From the NCBI GenBank assembly GCA_964035545.1, contig OZ037771.1, forward strand, positions 9,293,408 through 9,357,407: a stretch of DNA of 64,000 nt, in the 5' to 3' direction. The notes below the pieces were generated by a model. That model saw only the letters and a program-made list of their open reading frames with translations. It was not told where the DNA came from and ran no database searches. The first letter of the stretch is position 1. Each line of letters starts with the position of its first letter. Shown in pieces: positions 49,001 to 63,661 of the stretch. The translations under genes and the position numbers were made by a program. Source of the stretch: Bugula neritina. Taxonomy: Eukaryota > Animalia > Bryozoa.

Positions 49001-52000
49001 GGAAAGGCAATGCTTTATCTATGTAGTGTAGTTGTATGTAGTGTGGTTGTATGTAGTGTGGTTGTATGTAGTGTGGTTATATGTAGTGTGGTTGTATGTA
49101 GTGTAGTTGTATGTAGTGTGGTTGTATGTAGTGTGGTTGTATGTAGTGTGGTTATATGTAGTGTGGTTGTATGTAGTGTGATTGTATGTAGTGTGGTTGC
49201 ATGTAGTGTGGTTGCATGTAGTGTGGTTGTATGTAGTGTGGTTGTATGTAGTGTGGTTGTATGTAGTGTGGTTATATGTAGTGTGGTTGTATGTAGTGTG
49301 ATTGTATGTAGTGTGGTTGCATGTAGTGTGGTTGTATGTAGTGTGGTGGTTTGTAGTGTGGTTGTATGTAGTGTGGTTATATGTAGTGTGGTTGTATGTA
49401 GTGTGGTTATATGTAGTGTGGTTGTGTGTAGTGTGATTGTATGTAGTGTGGTTGCATGTAGTGTGGTTGCATGTAGTGTGGTTGTATGTAGTGTGGTTGT
49501 ATGTAGTGTGGTTATATGTAGTGTGGTTGTATGTAGTGTGATTGTATGTAGTGTGGTTGCATGTAGTGTGTGTGTGTGTGTGTAATGATCAATTCAATAA
49601 TGCAATGTAGTATTCAATAGAACTCAATGCTATATAATACATTACATAGTATCAATATACAATATACAATATATATTACACTCTAGTATACAATATATCT
49701 TACAATTCAATATACAATATATAATGTAACATGCAGGATAATGAATTGCTGGTCTGGGACATGCGTACTCCTGGCAATATTCTCGCTGTGCTTCAACGGA
49801 ATGTACAAACTAATCAGAGGATGTACTTTGACCTTGACCCTTCTGGCAGGTAAGCAGAGGCTTTCATTTATGATTTAGTTGACCTTTTGTGTGCAACTGA
49901 TATTTAAAAGTCTTGTTCAGTTGGTTTAGTTGGTTGAAGTGGTGACAATTGTGTTACAATTGTCACTGATTAAACTCATTTCTAGCAGTGTTTATTTGTT
50001 GGCTCTTAACATGTTGAATTTTGCTTTGTGTAAAGGCCTTGTTTGTTGTGTATGTAGCACAAATGTGTAAGTGTAGCCATAATTGGGATCTCTTTTTTAG
50101 CTAGTTATATATGTTATTTTCAAGTCGGGTAGAGTGGGGCTAGTTGAACCAAAAATTGTGTTTTTGAACATAAGTTTTGAAGAATTTTGTTGCCAATCGA
50201 AAGACCTGCACCATGAAAGTCAGTCATTTGTTGCTGTCTTTTTCTGTTAAAACTAAATGCATAAATATTTTACTTACTAAGATGAGCCAATTTTTGCCAT
50301 GTAAGGTTTTTGGCACAATGCGCCCCAGTAGGGGGGCAAGTTGAACTGCCTTGTGTGAAAGTTGAACCAGTGTCATTTATCTTATAATATAAATTGTTTT
50401 ACCTATTTTGCAAATTAAAAAAACGATTTATTAAAAATTAATAATGAAAATCATTAAAAACAATTAGAATAAATTGGCATAAACAAATAACAGAAACTTT
50501 GGATATGATCTGTCATTGGAACCATTTAACTCTCAAAGTTAGGCAATGCAGAAGTATCTTTAAAACCCAAACAGTAGCGATAAACTGGTAAAAAAGCTTT
50601 CAAAAGTTAAGTTTTGTAATCCATACTAAAGTTGCGTTTATACCTTCGCGATTTTCGGTCAAAAATTTAATTTGGCCGGGTTGAAATTTCTCGGAGTTGC
50701 ATTGCATTGTAAAAGCCACTCGTTGAAGTTTTTGTGCTTTTTTTAGAATAGGAGTAATAATTTCTTGTAAACTTCGTTATTTAGTTATTACTTTGGCGAT
50801 TAGACAACGATTAGCCTACGCTTTCTCAATTATCGCTTTTATGCTTTCCGCTTGACTAATTCACGACGTTTACAAACGGCATCAAATAGCTATTATACGA
50901 GTCAAATTTCAATTTCAGAAAGTGAGCAACCGCATCAATATGATTTCAACGAGTTTCAGTTTGACTATAAAGGGGTACCCGGGCAAGCATTATTAACTTA
51001 AACTCGGTACTTTTTTCAGCAGAGGTATAAACGCAACTTTAAACAAATTGCATATATGAAGTGGGGTCCTCTTATATGACATCAGAAATCATAAGGTATG
51101 GTTGAGCATAACCAACTTTTCGAGGGCTGTTTGAGGGCTCCTAACAATGGCATATGATTTATGCCACTGCCTTGCTTTACCATGTTCATTGCTGTAGTTA
51201 AGCTTATATTATCTGTTCCCCTGGTTGTTTTCCCATATGTAATTTTGCACCATTCTCAAAACATTTGCAGAATAGTTTGATTACACTGTTGACCTACATT
51301 TTCATATGTTTTAGAATTATATACTGATGGCAGAAAAAATTAATTAGGAAAAATATAAACTTGCAAATTATGTAAAAATTGGTGCGCCCAGTTATAATGA
51401 ACATAGTGAAAATAATTAGTGGGGCATGTTGTACCTGGTTCAACTCGCCCCACTTCCTATGTGGTTCAACTAGCCCCACACTGTTACACTACAAATTGGC
51501 TTCAATATCTACTGTGAATGAGATATCTCTGCAACTTTAGGTTATTGCCCAACTTTGAAATCATGTTGAAAATACATGCCTGAACTTACTTGACTAGGCT
51601 ATTAAAACACGAGAAACTATGTAACTTTTTGTGAAAAAATGAATTTTCAGTTTGCTCATTTTTTATGTAAAAAACACTCCCTTACTTAAAAACTTCTGCT
51701 TTGATTCTATATATTTCCACATGTCTGGTAGTTCACCTAAAATGCTCTTAAGTGAAAGAGGTAAAATAGTGCAATGATTTAAAAGAGAAAATTTAGAGCA
51801 TAATATGGTTCAACTAGCCCCACTCTTCCACATTTGTTTGTATTGTATTACAATGTTCTTGTTACACTATGTCGTAATAGCTCTGTGAAAATTGAACAGA
51901 AGTTTTCAGCCCATTGCCTGTTTTAGCAGTCACCTTATCAACAGTGGTTATGTGTAGAGTTGCTTTCCTTCTGCAGGTATGTGGCTACAGGTCACTATGA

Positions 52001-54464
52001 TGGCAGTGTGGCTCTGTGGGACATGAACAGTCTAGACTACAGCAGCACTGAGCAAATTAGTCAGTCCCTCCTCAACTTCAATGCTCACCATGATTGTGTG
52101 AACGGCATCAGGTGATAAACTGTAAACTGTAACCTTACGCTTGCTTGTATTGTGACGCATATATATGTACTAGTCACTGGTGTATAGTGCATATACTGGT
52201 ACTATAGTGCATATACTGGTACTATAGTGCGTATACTGGTACTATAGTGCATATACTGGTACTACAGTACATATACTCGTACTATAATGCATATACTGGT
52301 ACTATAGTGCATATACTGGTACTATAGTACATATACTGATACTATAGTGCATATACTGGTACTATAGTGCATATGCTGGTACTATAGTACATATACTGGT
52401 ACTATAGTACATATACTGGTACTATAATGCATATACTGGTACTCTAGTGCATATACTGGTACTATAGTACATATACTGGTACTATAGTGCATATACTGGT
52501 ACTATAGTACATATACTGGTACTATAATGCATATACTGGTACTCTAGTGCATATACTGATACTACAGTGCATATACTGGTACTATAATGCATATACTGGT
52601 ACTATAGTACATATACTGGTACTACAGTGTATATACTGGTACTATAATGCATATACTGGTACTCTAGTGCATATACTGGTACTATAGTACATATACTGGT
52701 ACTATGGTGCATATACTGGTACTATAGTACATATACTGGTACTATAGTGCATATACCGGTACTACAGTGCATATACTGGTACTATGGTGCATATACTGGT
52801 ACTATAGTACATATACTGGTACTACAGTACATATACTGGTACTATAGTGCATATACTGGTACTATAATGCATATACTGGTACTATAGTACATATACTGAT
52901 ACTATAGTGCATATACTGGTACTATAGTGCATGTGCTGGTACTATAGTACATATACTGGTACTATAGTACATATACTGGTACTATAATGCATATACTGGT
53001 ACTACAGTACATATACTGGTACTATAGTGCATATACTGGCATTATGGTGCATATACTGGTACTATAGTGCATATACTGGTACTATAGTACATATACTGAT
53101 ACTATAGTGCATATACTGGTACTATAGTGCATGTGCTGGTACTATAGTACATATACTGGTACTATAGTACATATACTGGTACTATAGTGCATATACTGGT
53201 ACTATAGTACATATACTGGTACTATAATGCATATACTGGTACTCTAGTGCATATACTGGTACTACAGTGCATATACTGGTACTATAATGCATATACTGGT
53301 ACTATAGTACATATACTGGTACTACAGTGCATATACTGGTACTATAGTGCATGTGCTGGTACTATAGTACATATACTGGTACTATAGTACATATACTGGT
53401 ACTATAGTGCATATACTGGTACTATAGTACATATACTGGTACTATAATGCATATACTGGTACTCTAGTGCATATACTGGTACTACGGTGCATATACTGGT
53501 ACTATGGTGCATGTGCTGGTACTATAATGCATATACTGGTACTATAGTACATATACTGGTACTATAGTGCATATACTGGTACTATAGTACATATACTGGT
53601 ACTATAGTACATATACTGGTACTATGGTGCATGTGCTGGTACTATAATGCATATACTGGTACTATAGTACATATACTGGTACTATAGTGCATATACTGGT
53701 ACTATAGTACATATACTGGTACTATAGTACATATACTGGTACTATGGTGCATGTGCTGGTACTATAATGCATATACTGGTACTATAGTACATATACTGGT
53801 ACTATAGTGCATATACTGGTACTATAGTACATATACTGGTACTATAGTACATATACTGGTACTATGGTGCATGTGCTGGTACTCTAGTACATATACTGGT
53901 ACTACAGTGCATATACTGGCATTATGGTGTATGTGCTTGGACTATGATGCATATACTAGTGCACAAAGTAGTGATGTGGTGCAAATATACTGGTTTTACA
54001 GTGCATATACTGGTAATACTGTGCATATTCACTGTTAAACTTTTTCAGCATATACAGTTGTAAAATGATACAATTGGAATATGTAACCTCAAAAGCACTT
54101 GTGAAGACTTTATTTGAGTTAAATTTTGCAGTATTTGGTGTCAGTTGTTTGCGTTTCTAAAACTCAGTGTGAATTCACTTCAAGCTTATATATTCACTTC
54201 ATGCTCAGATGTTTACTTCAAGCCCATATTTTCCAAAGTATTGGAAACCATATATAGCCAACTGCTAATAAACTGCATAGCTGCCAGTAAGTTTTTGCCT
54301 CTTCTTGTAGTTTCCATCCTACACTAGCCATGTTGGCTACTACCTCTGGGAAGAGATCCACTACAGAAAGTGGTCTCTCTTCCAGTTCAGACTCCAACCA
54401 TTCAGGTGATGAAGATCTTGTAGTATCAGACAATTCAGTGAAGCTTTGGTGGCTTGGTGAATGA
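46017..54464 (+). CDS. WRAP53: Telomerase Cajal body protein 1 (WD40 repeat, WDR79/TCAB1)
   Basis: Exons 46017-46164, 46696-46813, 47191-47302, 47649-47828, 48197-48416, 48807-48925, 49737-49849, 51977-52111, 54311-54464; all phase-consistent. Motifs FLKGCKWS, EGGTIYDYAW, PIHLWD, GHSGGVTH..FSPDG..LYSGARKD, RNVQTNQRMYFDLD, HHDCVNGISFHP..LATTSG. Confidence 0.96.
49021..49570. repeat. 15-bp minisatellite (ATGTAGTGTGGTTGT) x ~36
   Basis: Direct inspection; lies in a WRAP53 intron. Confidence 0.97.
50125..51832 (-). mobile_element. Non-autonomous pogo-like (Tc1/mariner superfamily) DNA transposon relic
   Basis: Perfect 21-bp inverted repeat AGAGTGGGGCTAGTTGAACCA (50131-50151 / 51806-51826) with subterminal copies. 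A frameshifted N-terminal remnant MVQNY..KTTRG..TAMNMVKQG near 51250-51170 resembles pogo HTH-psq. Confidence 0.7.
50630..51038. mobile_element. Nested MITE, Kolobok-like (TTAA target, AG..CT ends)
   Basis: TIR AGTTGCGTTTATACCT / AGGTATAAACGCAACT flanked by CTAA and TTAA. Confidence 0.75.
52181..53960. repeat. 20-bp satellite (ACTATAGTRCATATACTGGT) x ~88
   Basis: Direct inspection; last intron of WRAP53; 120-bp higher-order unit at 53501-53880. Confidence 0.98.
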
Positions 54465-57394
54465 AGATATTTTGAATACTTGATTCCCTCAACAGTTTGT
54501 TGATGTCATTCACTCCATACACCTATCTGTAACATGATTGGTCCAGTAGATAGTCTCTCTACATGTGATTGGCTGGGGACATCCATTACCAGTGAATTGT
54601 TACCAAGTTTGATAGTCAACAGTGACTGTTTTAATGGAGTCATCACTAGGCAGGAATATTCTGTATCGCCTGTTGTAACAGAGCAGCAATAATTAGTTAT
54701 TGATCTCATCCAGCTCTGGCTTTTATCTTGTGCTATACAGTTGCATACCTTTGAGGAAATACTAATCATATGTTTGATCTTAGATTTCAAAGTTAAGAAA
54801 GTCCTTTTAAAAATTGCATCTTTAGTGCTAAATTTTAACTTTGATCTATATTTTCAATAACTTTTTTGTGATTAGTACTTAGCTTTTCCCTTTTGCTGTG
54901 CTGTGTTATAGTACGATGCTTTCTAGCACGTCTGTCAGTGTAACATTGTGCTACTATCAGTTGACAATAACCAAGTGAACTCTAATTATCATATAGGGAA
55001 TAATATTGCAACATGTCATGTAATAAAGCAATAATATGACATGATATTATACAGTGAATCTACTTACTTCACAGATAACAGCTACTGGACACTATATATC
55101 CTCATTCAAGTTATATACCTAGAAGTTGTAAAAACAGCCAAACATATTTTAGTGGATCTTCATTACTTCTTTTTATTCTAAAATGCTTAATATTTACCGA
55201 GTTTTGTTTCATAAAATAGTGTGTTGCTGCATGCATGGGAAGATAGATTAATTTAATATCAATAATATTTCTTTCTTTTTATGAAATTAATGAAAATAAA
55301 ATGTGTATAATATTATTACTGCCTAAAGAAGTTACTAATAGAGCTCTTCCCTTCCCAACTTTACTGATTTTGGTTTTTAGTCTTTGGAACTAAACCACCT
55401 AAACATATACAATTATGCAGCTCAATCAAGAAATGAAAATAGATTCAAAAATGTTGAATGATCGTATTAAAGCATTTAACCTGTAATGTTTATATTTGTG
55501 GAAAATTTACAGAGTGTTAAAGCTAATGCTCAGATATGTTGTGTATATGCTTAGCGTTAACCACTAAGTTTATTCATAAAACAACATAATGTAAGTAAAA
55601 CACTGCCAAAATTATCTGCTTGATAGACTGAGTTGATCACGTTGAAGAAATGAATGCATTAAATCTAATAACTTCTGCTTGCAGTTTCCAAACATCATGT
55701 TAATTTTAACAGCTAATGAAAGATCAGCTACTGGACAAAATATGTATTAAATTACAATAGCAGCATTGTCATTGGTTATTATAAAATAACAGTTGCATAT
55801 AGGCTACATATTTTTACGGAAAGTGTAACTTAAACTCTGGCCCATTTTAGCAGACACTACTTGATCTCAAAATCTAAAACATGCCATTTTTACTAAATTA
55901 ATTAGAACATGACTCTGGCAATAGGACCATTAATTGGTAGTAAGTTTTAATACAATGTGAATTGATTACAACCTTTCAAATGTATAAGTACCTGCATAAG
56001 TTTTAAGTGGTCCAAATCCAATTTCATTTTAGTATTTATAGTATTAGCAACACTATACTTGCATTCTAATTATAATTTGGATAGTTTTACGGATTGTTTT
56101 TAAATGTTATATTGATGACTACCTTCATATGTAGACCTGCAAAATTGTATGCAGGACACTGTTAGTTGACATGCTGCATGAATTCAAATACTTTTCCCAT
56201 TTTTGTTCTTAGTTATTTTCTGTATAGTGATAAAATATACAGAAAATACATTCTATACATTGCCTGTTTGTGTATGACCATGCATAATTTCAGAAGCAAA
56301 GCTACAAGAAATATGCTGATTTTTCACCCATGAGTTTTGAGTACGCTCAAATGAAAAATGGTGCATGTGATTTCCATCTATTTTGCTACAAATAGATTAT
56401 GGTGTTTTATGAGCTGCCCACTACCTATGCTAATAATCAGCAGTTATTATATTGATTTTATAATAATAATAATAACAATGAATGATAAAGACAAGTTTGT
56501 ACTGTATAACCTCGCATCTTTGCTGTGCTATTTTTGCTTGCTAAAATATAGTTTTAAACTTGAAGAATTTGTAATGTGATAAAATTATTAGTCTCATTAT
56601 TTTTTAATTGTATAAATATGAATGTTTTTATAGAAACTGTCCTAATTCGATTTTACATGCAGATTGTTTAGGAACTTGGTACTAGAGAGTGAGCTTGATG
56701 AGTGTTAGCTACAGTGAAGTTAAAGAGAAATGTTCTGTATCAACCAATATCTATGTCATGGGTTACATCTCACAACTATTGCAAATGTTCAACAAATAAA
56801 AATATTCAATTTTAATTTTTTCGCTCAACCAATTTGCATGTTATATCTTTTGTAAAGGTTTTGTTGATCAAATAGTAAGAACTACCAAAACTTTTCATTG
56901 TGACTTTAGTAACAAAGATTATTTTTCTATCCTTAGCGGTTTTACCATTTAATAGAAGAGGTTTTGAAGCATTGCATAATTCGTCCATATCTCTACAAAC
57001 CGCACAGTCTTAAAAACCTGCTTACATCCCTGGACCAGTTGCTCGTTTTCCAAGCCTTACAGTAGACAATGTAGTTAAAGAAACGCAACATCCACTGACC
57101 AATAAAATGAAGACGTATAAAGATAATTATGAAATGCTACTAATGTGAAAGATGGTGTCGCACTGACTGCCTAGCTTTACTTTATATAAATAATAATAAT
57201 AACAGACCCATATGAATAAAATACTCAACTTTGTAAAGAACTGTTGAGGTAAGTTATGTGCTAATTTGTTGAATGTAATTTTTATTTATATAGCTTTATT
57301 TGCACCTTTCACCAAATAGCAACTTTTGTTATTTGTTGTATTAGTTTTTATATTATATTATGTGCAAATATAATATATGGTCCGGATGCATAGT

Positions 57395-57730
57395 ATTCAT
57401 GCATGTGTGTTACATGTATGTTATTTGCATATTTTTTTGTAATTTTTTTGCATATGTGCTTTTAATACATTTGTGTTTTCGTATGCTTGCATGTTTGTAT
57501 GTGTGTGCATGCACGTTCGCATTTGTGTACATGTGCATGTGTTTGTGTCTACCTTTATCTGTGTGTGAGTTGGAATGTGTTTCTGTGTATGTATATGTGT
57601 GGGTATGCATGCGGTTATGTGTGTATGTTTATGTGTATGGTTTTGTGTTCATTTGTTCATGTTTGTGAATATGCCATGTGCATGGGCATGCGCATACGTG
57701 TATTTGTACATACGTGTGCATGTGTGTGCT
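57395..57730. repeat. Degenerate (TG/TA)n low-complexity tract
   Basis: Alternating purine-pyrimidine sequence. Confidence 0.75.
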
Positions 57731-59990
57731 CTCATTTTATTATGAATATAAACTAATACTTCAATTACTTAGAGCAGATTTTATCAACCTGCATCCTTGA
57801 ACTTTTTTGAAACTGACATAAGTTCAAAGCATGGTTTATAAAAATTGTTTAAAATGACATAGTCAGTAGAAACTTAGCAATCAGTTCATTTTATAAAGTC
57901 ACTTTGGGTTTGGAAAGAATCTTATGACTTAGTTAACACCAGCCTTGAAACTTTAAATAATTCAGTTATTCTCACTGCAATGCATACAGATATGTAGTTG
58001 AGCAATGCAATTAACTAATAATAGAGTAGCCGAGGAGGCATCTAAATATATACTAGTACTTGGTACAGTTAGTGTCACCGGAAAGGCAACACTGTTTGTA
58101 CCAACTCACAGCAACATCTGCTATCTCAAATCAATACTAAATAGCAGCACCTTATAATTAAATTTAATCAACCATCAAATAAAATTATGGAAGCCAATTA
58201 TTCAGTTATAAATGGTGAGAGTCAATCACTTCACTCAAGAATGTGTGGGTTTGTAGTAATTATATTTGAGTATAGTATCACAGAGTGATAACACAGGTTA
58301 GTTTTAAACAGGTGTAAAAGTAATATTTATGTTTATAAATTTTAATGTTTTTATTTATACATTAAATACCTAAAGAGCTTATCTTTGATATAAACAGCTG
58401 TTTCAGCGTCTTATTTGAGTTTTAAGAATGAGAAAATTTCAACATCAATTATAATGTAGCAGGACTTTAAGGAGAAGTGAGTATTTATAAAGTCAGTATA
58501 ATATATAAAGTCAGATGTTCAACAAAAATTATCAACTCTTTTTTCACAGCACTATTTAATTATCCAGATTTACCTTTTTGTTTCCTGTTGATGAATGTAG
58601 TTGGGTCAACATCATTTTATTTTATCTACCAGTGTTAAATGTTCACACTAGGACTGCACGTAACAACAGTAATACTTACTGTAAATATTCACCAGTCCTT
58701 ACACGTAAGTAAATTACCCTTATCACCTGAGTGCTATAATTACTTCATTGTATGAACTAGAACTTATATATTCAATATTTGTAAACCATGTAGCAGGACA
58801 TGATAGTTGTAGCCCTGCCTTGCACTAATCTCATATACTTAATAATTCATAACCTCATGCTATGACAGCTAAAGCAAAGTTATATATTTATAACGAAGTA
58901 TGACTGGATTAGACTAGCAATTTGCCTCTGTTGGTAAAAGATGCACATTTATTACCTGAAGTGATGCATTTTTCCTGTAGTACTATAAATAAATACTGGC
59001 GATACTTGCAATATGCTATTTGTCAGCAATCGAGTTTGCTTACAGCTATTAATAACTGTACCAAGGCAGCATTTTATTTAAATTTAGACTATATATAGAT
59101 CAGAAAAAGGCTAATGTAGTTCCTTATGAAACGACAGGGTATATGCTCTTCAATGTTTTAACATATTTTTTGCAAAGTTATCTTGCTGTGTTTTTCATGT
59201 TAGTTTATTCAAAGTTATATATTCTATTCATACTTGTCCAGCAATAGTTATTTGCAATCCACTGTCCAGTATTCAATATACTCTTTGAGTGGTGCTTTTT
59301 CTAATATTTTTTGTAAAAGAAATTATTATTATCATATAACAGCTAATTTCATTGTTGGTGAGGACACACAAAGCTACTTGCATGTGTAAGCTTCAACTAG
59401 CCGGTTGCTAATTCTAGTTATTTTGATGATAGAATAGGATACCTCCCCTTGTTATATACTCATCCATGTGAGTATGCAGCCTTCCTTCTCCAAGTAAAAC
59501 TACATCACTGGTTAGAAATTGCATAGCCTAATGCCGCACTGATAATAGTTTTAATTTCAATTCTTGTGGTGGTTTGGAAATGTTGAACAAGTTTTTGTTA
59601 ATGTTATATTGTGAGCTTTCTAAATTGGGGTTTGTCTATTACATGTTATAAGGCAAATAATCTTTTAATTTTTGCAATATATTTTAGACTAAACTGGTGT
59701 TAATTTATTCTGTAGTTATTGCATTTTGTTAAACTGCCTTTCCCGGTTCTATCTTATAACATACAAAACTAATTTATATATTTACCAATAGACAGCATGT
59801 GCTTATAGAAAATATGTACACCAGCCTATGGGGTTGCTGTTTTGCGCAGTAGTGACCGGCGCCAATAAGTAGACATAGATGAATATTCCTGTACATAATA
59901 TAAGAATATATCTGCGTATTTTAAATTATATATCATGTAATACAAATCTAATATCTTTCTGTGTGTAATATATATGCTGCACAATACATT

Positions 59991-60471
59991 GAATCCACGA
60001 CTATTGGAAAATGACAATTGGAAAACACTTATTTGGAAAACGGACAATTCACCAATAGACAATTGGGAAATTATAGACAATTATAAAATGGACATTTGGA
60101 AAATAGACATTTGGAAAATGACAAACATTAAACATGGACTAGTCTAGAGGGGCGGTCAGAATTTGGCCAGGTCCAAAATAGCTTTCAACAATAAATATAA
60201 ATTCCGAATCAGTTAGGCCTATCATGAAAGTAAAATAAGTTACCGAATAGTTTCAGTTTTAAATTGCACATATTTACAAAAAGCTATTTTGGACCCAACC
60301 AGGTGCAGAAAGCCCCCTCAAGATTAGTCCATGTTTAATATTTTTCATTTTCCAAATGACATTTTTCAAATGCCCATTTTCTAATTGTCTATTTTCCAGT
60401 TGTCTATTGGTGGATTGTCCGTTTTCCAAATAAGGGTTTTCCACATGTCATTTTCGAAATGTCGTGTCACC
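59991..60471. mobile_element. Foldback/Mutator-like MITE with ~160-bp inverted arms
   Basis: Arms built of GACATTTGGAAAAT subrepeats, mirrored at both ends; flanks CAATACATT / CAATAAAAT (7/9 match, candidate 9-bp TSD). Confidence 0.8.
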
Positions 60472-60696
60472 CAATAAAATACAACAACTTTACATCCGAT
60501 ACTAATAAGATTGGAGACTAGTACTTACAGGTAAGTAAAAAATTAATAGGCAGAATTTATAAATGGCTTGTAACAATAATTGCACTGAAAGTAGCAACTG
60601 TTTGCTTGTCTTTTATATTTGATCTCGCTGGAGTGTGTAGACAGCTCTTAATGTATAAAGATGGCAGCTGCTTACTGCTGCCCCTATACACTTTGT

Positions 60697-60727
60697 ATGT
60701 GTGTGTGTGTGTGTGTGCGTGCGTGTG

Positions 60728-60759
<32 letters not shown>

Positions 60760-60780
60760 TGAGTGCGTGCGTGCGTGTGT
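60697..60780. repeat. (TG)n/(TGCG)n microsatellite
   Basis: Direct inspection. Confidence 0.95.
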
Positions 60781-61755
60781 TAGATAATTACATTACATAT
60801 TGCGTTGTACTCAGTACTGTAAACTATATGGTAGTATTACAGTATATTATTGTCTATTATAAGCACACTTCCTTAATCTTTTATGCTAAAACTACCAAGT
60901 ATAATTTTGTTACTAAAATTTTTTTTAGTTTAGATGGCTTATTGCAACTCAGTAGTAAATATACACAAATATGGTACAAAGGAAATGCGTAAATAATTCT
61001 CTATTCAAATCAACATTATTATTTCAAGTTCTCATACAAAGGAAATATGTATTCCCAGGAGTAAATTCAAGCATATGCATTGTGTTACATTACACATGCA
61101 AAACTCACGTAATATGTATTCCCTACCTGTTCTGTATCATTGTATGTATCATTAATTTTAAATGTGTGCTTTAGTATTTGGACATACTTGATCAGAGTAG
61201 GTATATTAAATACATGTTTCTATTCAAACTTTTTGTGTACAAAACATAATACATTATTTATTCATAGAATGCTGCACTGCATTCTGGTGCATAAGTATAT
61301 CCAATGTAACTGATGCTATTTCAGTATGTTTCAGTATATATGTTACTAGCACAGCTCAATGAGTCAACTCTCTTAGCCTACGACTTTTTAGGAATCAATT
61401 GTAAAGTGTCAATACCACCCACTTGCTAAAAAGTGTTTAAGAAGAACAGCTTTTTCATTCATCAAAAAGTTGCTGATAGTTATGACTTTCTGGTTACTGA
61501 ATCATTTAGTCAACATCCGGGAAAAAATAAGCACTGTCATTAAAAATTGCTATAACTTCTACTTAAAAGTGTTTACTAAGAGTTATATTCACAAAATTTC
61601 CATAAAAGTTTGACAGACATGTTATTGGTGAACTTCAAATTGGTAAATAAATTTATGACAAAGAATTGCCCAAAATTATGTTCTCACATTAATGTTGCTG
61701 TTTGATTTGTACATATACATACATATTACCAACCAACTGAGATACACACACGCAT

Positions 61756-62012
<257 letters not shown>

Positions 62013-62479
62013 TACATTGAAAATTTGTTCCAGGTGCTGTCGTACTACTTTTACAACTTATATTTTCCATAACTTCTTGTTGAAGCAAAACGTTATAAAA
62101 GTATCAGTGATTTAGCCATCAGTAGAGGTCTAACTAGTATCAGGATTTCTATACAACTGAACAGTGAATCAGAATGAAAGATAAAGCCATGTTATTCGTG
62201 ACTAATTTTTCTGTTTCTACTAATATTAGGAAAATCACTACAAATCAGCTGTGATCCATTTAGTTGTACAGTTGAGTAGATTGCATAAACCTAATGAATT
62301 CTTACTTCTGGCTAATATTATGTTTTGTTAAAAAATACCAAAAGATGTACGGCTTTTTATTGCAGGATTAGATAGCATCTATACAACTATAAGTCAGTGA
62401 CTTTGTGTGCTATAAGTTCAACATAGTCTCAGCTGATACAAAGCAGGGGATTTAACGGAAACATCACTTTCTAATTGTG

Positions 62480-63121
62480 ATGTCCTCAACATCATCACCT
62501 GCACCTCACTATCCATCACAACTACAGTCTTATATTAATCCTTCAAATGGTAAAGTGGAGACACGTGTGCTAGGTCAAGGTTATGCTACTAGTTTGCTTC
62601 CTTCTCATACTCATGGCAACTTTATAGTATTTAATAGCTCTGACTATAACAATGATGTAAATCATAATCAAGTTGATCGAACTCATTTATCTCAGTATGA
62701 CTCATCATCACAGAGTCCACACTTTCAGTCCTATGATACCCAGTCACTACCTTATGGCACTGGTGCTCACTCTATGGCTAAGAGTTGTTACCCCCATCCT
62801 CAACCTAACGGTTTACCCCACAAGAATTCATCAACTAAGCTCAATGGAATTGACAGTAGATATGAAGATGGTAACTCGTTTTATCCAATTGCACATCTGC
62901 CTAGCAATTTGCACTTGACTGGTTCATCAGCACGAGGCAGCATGCTTAGCAACAATAAATGGTTGGAATTAATAGCAGAGAAAAAGCTGTCTGCAAATGG
63001 GACTACAGCAGAGAACCCAGGTGCATCTAGGAAAACAAGCGCTTCAGTTATGGCTCAAGTTGCTGCTGCCGCTGCTGTTTCTCCCAAGAACAGTTCAACA
63101 AACGCAACATCTAAAGTAAAA
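62480..63121 (+). CDS. First coding exon of an unidentified gene (Ser/His/Asn-rich, probably disordered N-terminus); continues beyond the window
   Basis: Acceptor TTGCAG at 62366, ATG at 62480, 214 open codons, phase-0 donor GTAAGT at 63122. A candidate upstream non-coding exon ends GAG|GTAAGT at ~57248. No domain recognised. Confidence 0.7.
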
Positions 63122-63555
63122 GTAAGTATTTATCTAAAAATATGAGCGGAGTTAGGAATCCTTTTGTTTCTAGTGTTTCAATTGGTATAGATGTTTAGTG
63201 CTCACCATGATAATATAATTTACTGGTGAAGATGCTAATGTATTTAATTTTTCTTTTGAAATTCGTAGTTGTTAGCTGCACACGCTTCACATGCATGTAT
63301 TGATTCATCATCAAGTATTATAACAAGCAGATACCAAATATAAAGGTCCAAGCGCTCACTCTACGTTAACATTTAGCTATATGCACTGGGTAGTGTTGCC
63401 TCTACCCTTGACTGTCATGAGAACAGCTAAAGGATTTGAGCTATCAAGTTTGCTGAAATGTGTGATTTTCACCAAAACTGCATTATGGTTTTAAAAGCTC
63501 CTGCTTGTAGTATTTATGACAGGGTGCCTTCCTGCATCACTAATTGTTGCTCAGA

Positions 63556-63661
<106 letters not shown>

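Noticed and set aside
48977-49585. 202-aa (CSVVV)n ORF
   Set aside because: Translation of the intronic 15-bp minisatellite.
54218-54433. Plausible-looking 71-aa antisense ORF MSDTTRSSSPEWLESELEE
   Set aside because: Exact antisense of the final WRAP53 exon; no independent support.
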